A DNA stretch of 64,000 nucleotides from Azolla caroliniana (lineage: Eukaryota > Plantae > Polypodiophyta): contig JBHGNT010000022.1 in the NCBI GenBank assembly GCA_043228905.1, positions 2,046,001 through 2,110,000 of the forward strand, in the 5' to 3' direction. The translations under genes and the position numbers were made by a program. Shown here piece after piece: positions 1-12,680 of the stretch. How positions within the stretch are numbered: the first letter of the stretch is position 1; the number at the start of each line of letters is the position of its first letter. Below the pieces are notes generated by a model. The model saw only the letters and a list, made by a program, of their open reading frames with translations, was not told the DNA's origin and ran no database searches.

Positions 1-3000
1 TATAAACCCGTTCTTCTCATCCATCTGGTGAAGATGCCACCCCCGTGCCGCAACAACCGCCAGTACCACATGAACCGTTGTCATCATCGCTACCGGGGTG
101 AAGGTCTTGTCGTAATCGATTCCCTGGGTCTATGCGTATCCCTTCGCCATTAACCGGGCCTTGTACCGGTTAACCAAACTGTCGGCATTGTACTTTACCT
201 TGTACACCCATTTGCAACCAATCGGTTTTTAGGGTCAGGGAGGGTCAATGAGGTCCCATGTGTCATTGGCATCTAGTGCCCGTATTTCTTCCTCCATAGC
301 GGCACGCCAATTTGCGTCATTTGCCGCTTCTGCGTAGCTCTCCGGCTCACGCACTTCCGCCACCTTAGTCATGTAGGCATAATGATGCACCATGTACTCA
401 TTGTACCCGTACCGCGTAACGGGATTCTTCATGTGGGAAGACCGGCGTAACTTGGTATTACCCGGTTTGGGGCCCTTCTTGGCCAAGTCGGACTTCGTTC
501 CCGAAGATCTGCCTTCTTTCCGGAGTCGGATGCGCTCCGATCCGACTCAACGTTGTCGGCTTCATATTCTGGCATCTTCTTCTTCCCATTTTCTTTGCGC
601 GTGAACCGTCTCCTCGGTTCCTTGCATGGGGAGAGCACGACAGAGTCTCCACTACAAGCCGGTTCCTCATCCGACTGGTCATCCCGACTCAGCCGCTCAT
701 TTGGTCCATTTAGCCAGAATGAGATCAGACTCTCTTCTAGAGTGCCGAAGTCTTCATCTTCTACCTAGATCTCCTTGGGCTCACTAGCCTCATCTTCTGG
801 AATCAGATCTTCGTTGGGAGTTGGAGTCGGTAAGGAGTACCATGATGCCGTCTCATCAAACTCGACATCTCGGCTTACTCGGACCTGCTTAGTCCGGGGG
901 TTATAACACTTATACCCCTTTTGCTCATGTGAGTAACCGACTAGGATGCACTTCTCGAACTTCCAATCTAGCTTCCTCCGCTTCTCATCTGGTACATGCA
1001 CATATGCTATGCTACCGAATATCTGAAGGTGTCTCAAATTCGGCTTGCGCCCGAAATACAGCTTGTGTGCTGACACCTTGTCACCGATTCGGTTTTGGAT
1101 GTAGACGGTCGTCCAAACTGCCTCGGCCCAGTAGAAATGGGGCATACTCTTCTCCTCCAGCATTACCCTTGCTGCGTCGACAATCGACCGGTTCTTCCTT
1201 TCGGCCACACCATTTTGCTCCGGTGTGTACCTGCAACTGAATTCTCTCCGAATTCCTATCTGCTGCAGATAACTGTTGAATTGGCCGGAAAAGTATTCTT
1301 TCCCTCCATCCAACCGCAGGCACTTGATCTTCCTCTCTGTTTCCTGTTCAACCAAGCGTTGAAGGTTCCGGAAACACTCGAAGACTTCGCTCTTCCTCAC
1401 GATGAGGTAGATCCACGTGTGTTGGCTGTAGTCGTCGATGAAGGAGACGAAATACCAACTCCCGCCAAGACTGGTGTTTTGTGTCGGTCCCCATACATCT
1501 GAATGGATTAAATCGAGCTTGTTATGGCTCCGGTTTCGATCGGTGGGGAATGGAAGCCGGTGTTGCTTCCCGAGTTGGTAGGCTTCACAAATTTTGGCAA
1601 ACCGAAAACGATTTGTTTCGATTGCAGGTCTTGAAGCCTCCGATAATTGATGTGGTCGATCCGCTTGTGCCACAGGTCGATGTCCGATTCGATCTTCTGC
1701 CCTTTCGCAAACATAGCGGTGCCGACATCATTAGTGTTGAGGATGAACATCCTCCCATCTCTACACCCTTGCACAATTATCCAGCCCTCTTCCTTGATGA
1801 AGCACCCTAGGTGCGTAAACCGCACCTGCATCCCCTAGTCGATGATTCGCCAAACTGACACCAGGTTCTTTGTGATAGTCAGAACATGTCATACGTTCAT
1901 CAGCTTCCCCTTTTGTCCGACATGGCTTAAAGGGACTTCTTCGACATGCACAATCGGGTGAGGGGTGTCGTCTCCGGTTTCGACAATCCTCGGTTGTTCC
2001 GGTTTCTCCAGAAAAGAGAACCACTCTTCATGGCTCATCATGTGGTTGGATGCTCTAGAATCAACACACCATACTTCCTCCGATTTGGAAGTAGTCTTCT
2101 TCATCAAGTTAGCCTTGTGTTTCATCACGAAGGCTGGCCCTTTACCGGTTTTCCTGGTTCCGGATCCTTCCGATCCTTCCGTGTCGTGCGAGCTTTGTCG
2201 GTTCTCCCAATCGGTTTTGCCGGATCCGGATTTGTTTGAATCGGCACGCTTCTTCCAGCACTCGCTTTCCAGCTGGCCCTTTTTTCCACAGTACCAGCAT
2301 TCCGTGTCGGCTTTTCCTTGCCGGTTCCCGGCACCGCTTTGACTCCCCCTGCTTGTGGAGGGTCTGGAACTGTTGTCGGCACACCCTCTCTGCCTCTAGT
2401 CCTACTCTTGTCGGCCGCCTCCATTGTGTGCCGACCCACCTCGTCCACCATGTCCATGGGGCCAATCTGTCTCCGTGTACAGCATCCGGCCTTCCGATTG
2501 AGTGGTCCTTGACCCACTTGCGTGGTTTTCTTCGACCATTAGCATCGATTGCAAGTCAAAGAAGGATGGTGGTTTCTCCCGGGTGCAGATTGCTATCCGG
2601 ATTGGCCCGTACCTTTGTGCTAGACCACCAAGGCAAATTTGTACCATCTCATCTTCGTCCACCATCACGTTGATGGACCCGAGTGCATCGCAAATCTCCT
2701 TTATCTTGGTGGTGTAATCCGTAACCGACATGTCTCTTTGCCGGATGTTGTTCAGCTCTTGCCGGAGCTGCAACTTACGAGTTGTGGTACTTGTGGCGAA
2801 AATCTTCCATAGATTTTCCCAGGCCTCCTTCGATGTCTTTGCATCCTTGATGTAGCTGAGCATTAGATCATGCACAACGGACGCGAGACAGTACAGTACT
2901 CGACTCGCTCCGTGCTCCCATACCGGGAAGTCTTTGTGTGACGGCTCCGGTGCTACTTCATTTGTTCCTTCCACGAAGCTCCAATATCCATGCCCTAGCA

Positions 3001-3088
3001 AGTAATGGTGCATTTTATATGACCAGGACGCGTAGTTGCTCCAGTCGAGCTTCTCTATTGGAAGTGAACTCGCCATTCCTCTGTCCAT
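1..3088 (-). pseudogene. copia gag-pol, disrupted
   Basis: ORF pieces 2402-3163, 1889-2128, 1508-1831, 765-1673 and 235-486 are collinear with the sibling element at 55889-58823. Confidence 0.9.
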
Positions 3089-3170
3089 ATCTTCTCTCTG
3101 TCTGTTGTTGCCGGGTTCTAGGGTTCGTCTACGAAAGCAAGCGTCGGTTGCAGAGGTTCTCAACCCTCGC

Positions 3171-3182
3171 GCTCTGATACCA
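3171..3182 (-). promoter_or_regulatory. primer-binding site, tRNA-iMet (TGGTATCAGAGC)
   Basis: gctctgatacca abuts the LTR end. Confidence 0.95.
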
Positions 3183-3615
3183 TGTGAATGTTAATGTGCG
3201 GAAGCATCAGATAGAACCGGCTCAGCCGGATAGCAAAAGAAAATGAGATGAAGATTTAATGGAAAAACTTCAAACACGGAGTAGACAGAGAGAGCAGAAC
3301 ATAAAACTATATTCAAAAATTAACTCTAAAACTCTGTAGATACAATGTGCTAAACAACACTATTTATACAAGTCCATAAAGGATTAACAGGTACTTCAAT
3401 GCTCACAAGTGTGACTAACACTAACTACGAGACAATGATTACCTAGTAGTCTAGGTTACTACTAGGCTTCTGGTTCTCGCTCGAATCCGGCTCTCCGATC
3501 CGGCTGGTTGTTTCCGAAAACCATATGGATACCGATCCGGCTCATCCTTCCGAATGCCAATCCGGCTCAGGCTTATTCAGCCGATCCGGATCCGGTTGAG
3601 CTTGCTCGCTCAACA
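3183..3615 (-). repeat. 5' LTR of the copia
   Basis: TG...CA termini; its start matches the LTR at 55397 (tgttgagc..gcaagctcaaccgga..gctgaataagcc). Confidence 0.85.
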
Positions 3616-3805
3616 ATATACTTCTTGTTGTCATCATTCTCACTCTCTCTATTCTCTCTCTCTCCCTCTCTCTCTTCCCCTCTTGTGACTCTTACACACT
3701 CTTTCCCATCTCAGTACTAATCCTCATTCTTCCCCTCTATCTTTAGTACTAATTCTTCTTGCCTCTAGTACCATCCTTGACAACCGCAGGGCGATATTCC
3801 CAACA
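3616..3805 (-). repeat. fragment of another LTR into which the copia inserted
   Basis: ends cccaaca (TGTTGGG on the minus strand) exactly where the gypsy gag sequence begins; CT-rich and non-coding. Confidence 0.5.
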
Positions 3806-4240
3806 CAATACACGGGACTTCGCCACATTCCGAGACCTAAGGGACAAATTCGTGTGGTTCCACCGGCAAGTCACCCAAATAGAATTAATCGGATAGTTGT
3901 ATGCCTCCTATCAAGAGGCGAATGAAACTGTGTCGTAGTTCATTATGAGATTTTAGAATCTTCAAAGACAGTCGACGCGGGCACCCCCGGAAGACGAAGT
4001 AAAAGAAATATTTCTACCGGCTCTACGAGAGCCACTCCGGACTAGACTAGTGGTTTTGGATTTCAGAACAAGTACGTTCAATCAAGTAATTGATCCAATG
4101 CTCGACATGGATCAGACCCAAAACTACAATAGCATGTTGATGGGGGCATTGCAAAGAGTGTTGCCTAAGGAGGAGGACTTACGGTTCTGACAAGCAGTCC
4201 AATGCACAACGTGCCTAAACTCAGGCCATTCCAGCGTGGA

Positions 4241-7200
4241 TTAGAATTAGAATTTTTATCGTCCATAAAGAGGCCAATTTTGACCTATGGGACCAGAGTA
4301 TACATGTGTTCTTGATATATGTCTCCTTCTTAAGAAGGGGTATTCATATGTTGAAGCACAAAGTCTCTATGTGTTAATAAAGCATACACATATGAGCTCA
4401 ACCTTCTATGTGGTGTCTTAAGTATGGATCTTAAGTTATCACTCCCTCTTAGTATGTCAACATATCTTGAATGAATTGCACTATATGTCGAGCATGTGAA
4501 GAGCAAGTGACATTCATCCTCTACCATGCCTTCATTGCATACTTTACATGTCTTCAAATTCGTTACATTTTGATACCATGATGCAACTTCAATACCTAAC
4601 TTGTGAGATTGAGTGCGAAGTAGTGTAAGGGCTCTACGAGCATTGCTACTCATATTGGTAATGAGATAAGGTTGGATATGATCAATAGACATTCTTGCTT
4701 TATATTGAGACCAACATTCAAGGTTGACATTTGCAATGTAGTATTCTAGCTTTGTCCTCTGAGCATCCTCCCACTTCATCCTTAATGATTCCACCCACCT
4801 TTCCTCAATTATTATATATTGCATAACATTTCCTGAAAGCTCTAAAAGATCATCCATACCCCATCTTCTAAACCATTTCTTTATGTCAACAACCCAACCA
4901 GATGAGAGAATCTTACTTTTATGATTCTTTTGTAGCTTACATCCAACATTCCAAGAAAGATGTGATAATCGATGATTCTACATATTCTTGACTTTTGTAA
5001 TGTATTTATATACTCTTTGGAGTGCCAATAGTTCTATGGGTCGAACACCCGTTTCCAAGAGCATAACCTGGTAAGAGGTAGTGCATTTAACTCCTAATTG
5101 CCTCCTTAAAAACATCTTTTGAATTTTCTCAATCTCCTTCCATGCATTAAGAGAGATGATGCCACCCCATACTTCTACTCCATAAAGAAATACTTGAGTT
5201 ACCATGGCATTGAACAACATTAATTTTACTTCCCATCCACAAGTATCACTTTGGTTGCATTGGTTCTCCAAAAGGTAATATGATTTCCAAGCGGCTTGGA
5301 GTCTAGAATCAAAGCATGCACTCCATTTATTTGTGGCGGGTACATCAATACCAAGATATTTAAAGCTTTGAACAAATTGTATATGTTCACCTTTATATGT
5401 GAGCATAGGGTAATGATGAGGTTGGATGGTTTGCACTACCATCATTTTTGTTTTCTCCACATTCATTGCTAGTCCACTACCCGTCCACTACTATGGCAAA
5501 ATTCTTCTAATACCCCAAGTAAATGTTGCATACTATCAACATCATATGAGAAGAGTACCACATCATCTTCATATAGAAGCAATAAGATAACATGTTGAAT
5601 CAAATTGGGGCCATTCAATCCAACTTCTCTTGCAACCTTATTCACCACTTCTTCTAATTTATCAATACATAAGCCAAAGAGTGTGGGCGATAGTGGACAT
5701 CCTTGCTTGACCCCCATGTTACTTAAAAAGCTCTTTGAGAATCCACTATCCATTTTTAGTTGGCATTTAACTTGTTCATATAGGCGTGCAACCGCAACTC
5801 TCGGTACTCTAATGGCATGTCAATCTCTACCATTCTATTCCAAAGCTCACTTCATGGTACGGTATCAAAAGCTTTCTTGAAATCAACAAAACAACAATAA
5901 TGTGTTTTTCCTTGTAGTCGACTCTCTTCCATGATTACTCTTAATGTGACCAAATGATCCATGGTGGAGTGTTTTGGTCTAAATCCGGCTTGCCCAAGTG
6001 CTCTTTTGCTTGTACTCTCAACCCATGTGCTTATCTTTTGCTCCATAATAGTACTATATAATTTAACAGTAGTTGAGCTCACCATTATTGTACGATAATT
6101 TGCTACTTGATTCTTATCTCCGCTCTTAAATATTGGTTTAATCCAAATCATAAGCCAATCATTTAGAAATCCTTGTTTTATAGCTTGCTCTAAAATTGTC
6201 ATTATCCAATGACGAGTGTGTGGCATTGTCCATTTTAAAAGCTCACTTGAGACGTAGGTTAAATCTGATGCTTTCCCACTTGCCATCTTCTTTATTCCCT
6301 TATTGACATCATCAATATCGATACATGTAGTGCATGGAGTTTCAATTTTCTCAACCATAGGAGCCACACCTTCATGCATATATAACCTTTGTACATAGTC
6401 TAGCATCTCTTCATTTGTAAAGTGACCTTTCACATCTTCTTTCTTACCCTTGAGTTGTCCCCATGCTAATTTTGGTATGAGCTTAAACAAGTTTTTCTTT
6501 TTCATCTCTTGCATTTGGAAATATCTTCTTTTCTTTCTCCTCACTACTTTCTTATAGATGTGCCATGCAACAATCTTTTCATTCCCCCCTTCTATGGACT
6601 TAAACCATTTGAGATACATCTTACATTCATCGTCGAACCAAGAATTACATGGAAAACTACACACCTTATACCCACCCACATGTCTCTTAAAGCATTGATA
6701 TCCAACCTTAAGGATTATATCCTTCAAATGTTGCCAATTTTCTTTAACATCGTTGCTTAGAGAAAAATTTAACAAATGGTTCTCCACTTCATTTGTATAC
6801 ATCTTAGCTTTTTCGTAGCAAGGTCGGATGATACATCTCTTTTCGTCTTTGACTTCATGACATCTAGTGGAATGTGGAATTGCAAGCTCTAAGTACAATG
6901 GCTTGTGGTCTGAGTCCGGAGATAGAGAACCAACTTTAAACACATTCACCAATGATAGATCACATGCCAACATTAATGCATAGTCAACCACACTTCCTCC
7001 ACCCGAGGATGGTAAACATGTGAGCACATTTGTCAATGGGAATGCCTTTATACCATTTAGGATAATCAAGTTTGTGCAATTTGGCATATGTATCAAAAGT
7101 TTTCCATAATCTAACATGACACAATCCTCTGAGTCACGCAATAGACAATGTTCTACTACATTTTCTTCAAATGTCTCCATGTTTTGGAAATTTCCAGCTC

Positions 7201-8089
7201 TTGCATTGAAGTCTCCCATAATTAAAACTTTACCAAGCTTCTCAAATGAAAGTATATCATGGCATAACTCTTTAAAAGGATCATCACAATCTAACCCAAA
7301 CCTACTATAGTAGTTTGAGTCTTTGTGAGGAATGTAACATGCAACTATATACAACTTCTCTTTCCCCAAATTAACCTCTATCCATATGTATCTCTTATAG
7401 TCATCATATTTGCATACTTTGATAGAATTATCTAAGCTCTCATTCCATGGATATCCTCTACAATTCCAAAACATTACTTTCAATCGTAAAGCACTTATAG
7501 TCCCATAGGTCATTGCTTGCTATGCATTTTGATTTGCTTTCCGAGATGCATATGTTTGCCTTCTATGTTCTTGCTCTTGTGGAGTTCTATCCTTCGTTAC
7601 AAAATAACTTGTCCCTTTGAAGTACACCTTACTACTATCTAGAATCATTGCCCTTTTACGTTCATCGAGGATTGTACAAACAATAGCTCGAGATGTCTTT
7701 CCCTCTTGTTGCTTTTTGCCAACCCGATGTGCGCCATATACAATAACATCTCGTATAGCAAAGTGATCCTCAAAGAATTTCGTAATATTTTATCCAAGAG
7801 ATAATGCATTCTCTATTTCATTCTCTTGCATACCTCTAATGACAATATTATTCTTTCTTCTTTCGATTTCATATTGCTCCTTTACATCTAACACATCCAT
7901 GGTATTAGGATGTTTTTGCGTGATTTTTGGTGTTTCTTTCAAGAGAACATCTTTCCACCTTGTCATGATCACGTCTTCCTTCCCTTCAATTGTAGATTTT
8001 ATTTCGGCATTTGCCTTCACTAAAATCTCTTTTTCTGCTTCAAGACTCAACATTTTTCTTTCGATTTCAGGCATCCTATTATCCTATTC
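4241..8089 (-). mobile_element. 5'-truncated LINE (APE endonuclease plus RT; RTE-X/L2-like) inserted in the gypsy gag
   Basis: ORF1 remnant 7520-8089 (RRKNNIVIRG), ORF2 7513-4330 (WNCRG, GDFNAR, SDHKP, QAGFR, FVDFKKAFD, GVKQGCPLSP, C-terminal CCHC), (ATTCTA)2 tail, TGGA on both flanks. Confidence 0.93.
4330..7513 (-). pseudogene. LINE ORF2 endonuclease/reverse transcriptase, disrupted
   Basis: ORFs 5852-7513, 5469-5753, 4978-5466 and 4330-4857; YADD mutated to YEDD. Confidence 0.9.
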
Positions 8090-10426
8090 TGGAATGCACC
8101 ATGCGGACACATTGTGTGTTGTGCCTCACGGGCACAAACAATAGAGCAATGCAAATATAACCTGCTTAATTGCCAAGCAACACGGTACAACAAATAGAGC
8201 CTTGCGAGGATCGACGGAAATAAGAAGATCGATTCTAGTACGGACCAGAGGGAAGATTCCGGTATGATGACGTCAATAGGAGGGAAGAGTATCCACGAGA
8301 CCGGTATGATCGAGATTACTCTCCAAAATATGATTGGAGGAGAGGAGCGGAATGGAGGTACCCGGATCGACAGGGATACCACAATCAGCGTCGAAATCAT
8401 AACCACCAACGTGGTAACCATAATTGACGAAATGATCGTCGTGACTCAGAACAGGATTACCAACATCGCCTAGACGCCAGCAAGACATTGCTGAAAAGCA
8501 GCGTTGTGTAACCGGAACAGAGGATAGAAGAAATCACACGGATAGTTCCCTGTACGCAATCAGCAAGGATAGAAAAAGGTGAATCAAGTAGAGCCAAGAA
8601 ATTGTACTATTACTTTTGTCGACAGGAAGGGAACTCTTGTAGTCAGTGCCCAGTCAAGGCCAGGGAAAAACAGCCGGTAGTGAACATGGTCATAGCAGAA
8701 GTAATCGATGAGCAGTAGGCCACAACCCAGTCAAAGGGAAAGACCATGGAATGGGAAGCACAAGAAGAGATACAGAAAGTAGTTATGGAATGGGTGGAGA
8801 AGGCCAATCAATGGAACATAGAAGATATGAAGCAGGAAGAGGCCAAGCGAGCAAGAATACCCACCTGGATAATGAAACCGGCACATCAGAGGCAGCATGG
8901 CAGGCATTGACCTAGTGCCAGATTATGTGACCGTTAGGCCAGTGATTGCAGCTAGTTCCCCAGTTCACTGAAGGATTACGGAAGGCACTAGCACTGCCGA
9001 AACCAGCAATAGCGCCGACATATTTTGCAAACCCGAGTGGAGGACTTGCTATCATAAACGAAAATAATCCGGTCGTAACAGTAATTTTAAAGGGAAAAAA
9101 AGTACCAAGAACGATCATTGACAAAGGATCTAGAGTAAATGTCATTAGTAAAAGGACATGTGACAAATTAGGAATTCGGGAATGGGATCCATGCCCATTC
9201 TGGCTACGGATGACCGACACCAACTCCGTCTGGATGACAGGACTCATCCGAAACCTGGAAATTACCATTGCAGGCCATGCATTCCGAATATCAGCAGTGC
9301 TACTCCAACTGAGCACCTAAGCCATGTATCGCTTGCTGCTAGGAAGACCCTGGTTACAAACAGCGCACATCAAGCAGAATTGGCAAAAGAACATTATCAA
9401 TTTCCGACGAGGGAAAACCAAGGCTAGGGTGCCGACACAAGAACATGCGACCACAAGCAGGCAGCTCACGCCCTTATACGCATAAGCAATCAATATGTTG
9501 GACGGACTAGCCGACAAGGAGGTGGACTGATATTTAGTAGAAAATCCAAGAATCATTCCATTATTCGAAATAGATGTAGCGGAAGCAATCATTCTATATG
9601 TCACCAACAGGGATGAGGACACCAATGAACCGGATCGGGAACCTATTCGGGAACTCTGGTAGGCTCAAGAAGCATTGGAGAAAGAGTTAGCGGTCTCACA
9701 GCAAGTAAAAGCATCAACATTGGAGGAGATGAATTTAGGCACGAGTGAGGAATCGCGGCTGGTAAGCGTGGCTAAGGAAATGCTACCGGTAGAAAAGACA
9801 AAGATGGTCGGATTATTGAAAGAATTTTAAGATGTATTCACCTGATCCTACAAAGTCATGAAGGGGCTGGACCCGAAATTCTATCAACATCAGATCCACC
9901 TCAGCAAGGACGCAAAACTAGTAGCTCAAAGGCATTACAAGATGAACCCCAACTATGCAGTTAAAGTAAAGGAGGAAATTGACCAATTATTGAGGGTTTT
10001 CTTTATCCGACCAGTGAAGCAAGCAACTTGGTGCAGCCCGATCATGGTAGTACCCAAAAAGAACGAGAAAATTCGGGTTTGTGTGGACTACCGGAAATTG
10101 AATGTGGCCACAGTTACCGATGCCTTTCCACTTCCATTCATGGATGGTGTGCTAGACGCGGTGGTTGGACACGAGGTATATAGTTTCTTAGAAGGTTTCG
10201 AAAGGTGCAATCAAATCGGAAAGCACCTAGATGACTAAGTAAAGATGGCGTTCATCACAGAATGGGGAGTCTTTGTAGCTATAGTGATGATGTTCGGATT
10301 GAAGACTGTGCCGGCAACATTAAAGCGGATCATTATGGAAATCTTTTGCGAATACATTTCGGCATTCATGCAAGTTTGTCTCGATGATTTTTCCATGTAC
10401 AACCGAAAGACGAAGCACTTGGATCA

Positions 10427-11050
10427 TGTTGAGATACAAGCTCAACATTGGGTGCATAAACCGATGCGTAAACCAGTGCGTAGACTGGGTTCGTAAACCG
10501 GGTGCGCAACGAGAGGGTTTAGGGCCACATTTACTGATGCCTTTCCACTTCCATTCACGGATGGTGTGCTAGACGCAGTGGCTGGACATGAGGTATATAG
10601 TTTCTTAGAAGGTTTCAAAAGGTACAATCAAATCCGAAAGCCCAACATTGGGGGAGTGTTGAGATACAAGCTCAACATTGGGTGCGTAAACCAGGTGTGC
10701 AACGAGAGGCCATAGTGGTGCGTAAACCGGGAGGCCGGATAGATATTCCGCGGAGGAATATATTTTGGGAGTTAGTGTAGGTGATCATTAATCAGCATTG
10801 AAGTATGAGTCAGTACTTCTGTCAATCCGTATGGACTTTCTATAAAAGTGCTCTTTGAGCACATGCTATGTACAAAGTTTTCAGTATTGTTTTGGAATAG
10901 AGTTTTCTATGTTTTGCTCTCTCTGTCTCTCCCGCATACGCCGTGTTGATTAAGGTTTCCATTAAACCTTCCTCATCTTCCTTGTCTCTTTGTCTTTTTT
11001 CTGTTGTTACCCAATTGTGTCTATTAAGCTTCCGCACGTATTCTTTTACA
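10427..11050 (+). mobile_element. internally deleted copia-type LTR element (partial LTR, filler, PPT, full LTR 10657-11050)
   Basis: TG...CA ends, 5-bp TSD GATCA (10422-10426, 11051-11055), PPT ggggggag-like before 10657; host RT frame resumes after it. Confidence 0.85.
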
Positions 11051-12000
11051 GATCACCTCTGGATGTGTTTGGAAAAGTGTTGGGACGCAAGATTGAGTTT
11101 GAACCTGGCAAAAACGTGCATTCGGAGTTACAAGCGAAGCATTGCTCGGGCATATTGTGAGTAAGGAAGGCATAGCCATCGATGCGGATAAAGCAATTTT
11201 GGAAGCACCAACACCAACAAATGTGAAGGCATTGAGCCGGATGCTCCGGCATCTGGTAGATTTTGCAACACCGTTACATGTCGTGGTGCATCGGGTACCA
11301 TTCCAATGGACGGAGCAAGAGGACAAGGTGTACCAGGTCTTAAGAGTAATGTTATCTTAGGTCCCAATGGTACAACAGCCTGATTAGACAAACGATTTCC
11401 ACTTTTTTGTTGATGCATTGGATATTGCGATCGGTAGCGTACTGATGGAACCATAATGGTACCGGCTGGTATGCTACAAGAGCCGGAAACTCTGCAAGGT
11501 AGAGCGGAATTACTCAACGACAGAACAGAAAGCATTGGGGATGGTCTATAGCGTCACAAAGTACCGACACTATTTGCTAGGCCGGAAATTTTCATTTCAC
11601 GTAGATCACGCACATGACTTTAATATATCAGGTCTCCAAAGCTTCCCTAATGGGGAAACTCGCCAAATGGGCCTTACTTCTGCAAGAGTTTGAGTTTGAT
11701 ATCTATCACAGGCCCGGACTGTAGCATGCAATGGCAGATTATCTAAGCCGGTTGGAGTTCAGCGAATCAAGCAACAGTGTTCGGGACGAATTTCTAGATG
11801 CTCAATTGTTCAACGTCACTGCGGTGGATATGGCAAATGCCTTGGTACCGACCAAGGATAAGTGGATGACGGACATGCAGTAGTTCCTGAGTAATGGACT
11901 GCCACTCGAGGAAATGAATCAGGATGAATGGAAGCGGTTGGCAGTTCAAAGAAAACACTTCTATATCATAAAAAACGCGTTGTATCACAAAGGAGCAGAT

Positions 12001-12670
12001 TGTTAAACACAGTGCTCGGCCACAACCGAGGAATAGGATCAACTCACAGAAAACAGGAAATACAAAATGCACGAAGACAATAGAGAGAAGAGTACACAGG
12101 ATGTTTTACGTGGAAAACCCTAAATGGGAAAAAACCACGGGAGTCCTCAAACTCCAACTATCACTATAAACAGAGATGTACAATGGTGAAGCTACAAGGC
12201 AACAACCTTGAGCTCACTGTCTTCGCCACAGGCGGCGGTAATACACAGAGGCAACGACCTCTTCGTCTCTCTCTCTCTCACTCTCTCTCTCGGCTGCTCT
12301 CACTTCGCTCCCTCTAAGTGAAAACTGAAAAATGAGCAACAACCTATAAACTGTTTGCCCTAAGTCATATTTATACTCATATGACTTTCGGGCTGTTTAC
12401 AAATATAGCCTCAAGGGCCCTTGGCAAACATATTCACAAATATGTCCCCGCATCCGAATCTCTCTCCGGGTACATTCGTCATCCGGCTCCGTAGCCGGGG
12501 TCTTCATCATCCGGCTCCGTAGCCGGGGTCTTCATCATCCGGATCAGTAGCCGGGTACTCTTCATCCGGCTTCATGCCGGGTACTCTTCATCCTCCGGTT
12601 CCGTAACCGCAACCGGGCTTGCCGTCATTCATCTCCGGACATCCCATCCGGAGGGACCGAAATCCCAACA
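12001..12670 (-). repeat. 3' LTR of copia A (670 bp)
   Basis: direct repeat of 16786-17427 plus one extra 28-bp tandem unit. Confidence 0.97.
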
Positions 12671-12680
12671 AACTCCCCCT

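Larger units (their letters stand above)
1..3615 (-). mobile_element. Ty1/copia LTR retrotransposon, 5' part (3' part lies left of the window); gag-pol decayed
   Basis: 5' LTR 3615-3183 (TGTTGAGC...CACA), iMet PBS, gag (LPIEKLDWSNYASWS), CCHC knuckle, protease (VDSRASNHM), integrase (HSDVWGP, QNGVAERKNR), RT start; stops and frameshifts. Confidence 0.95.
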
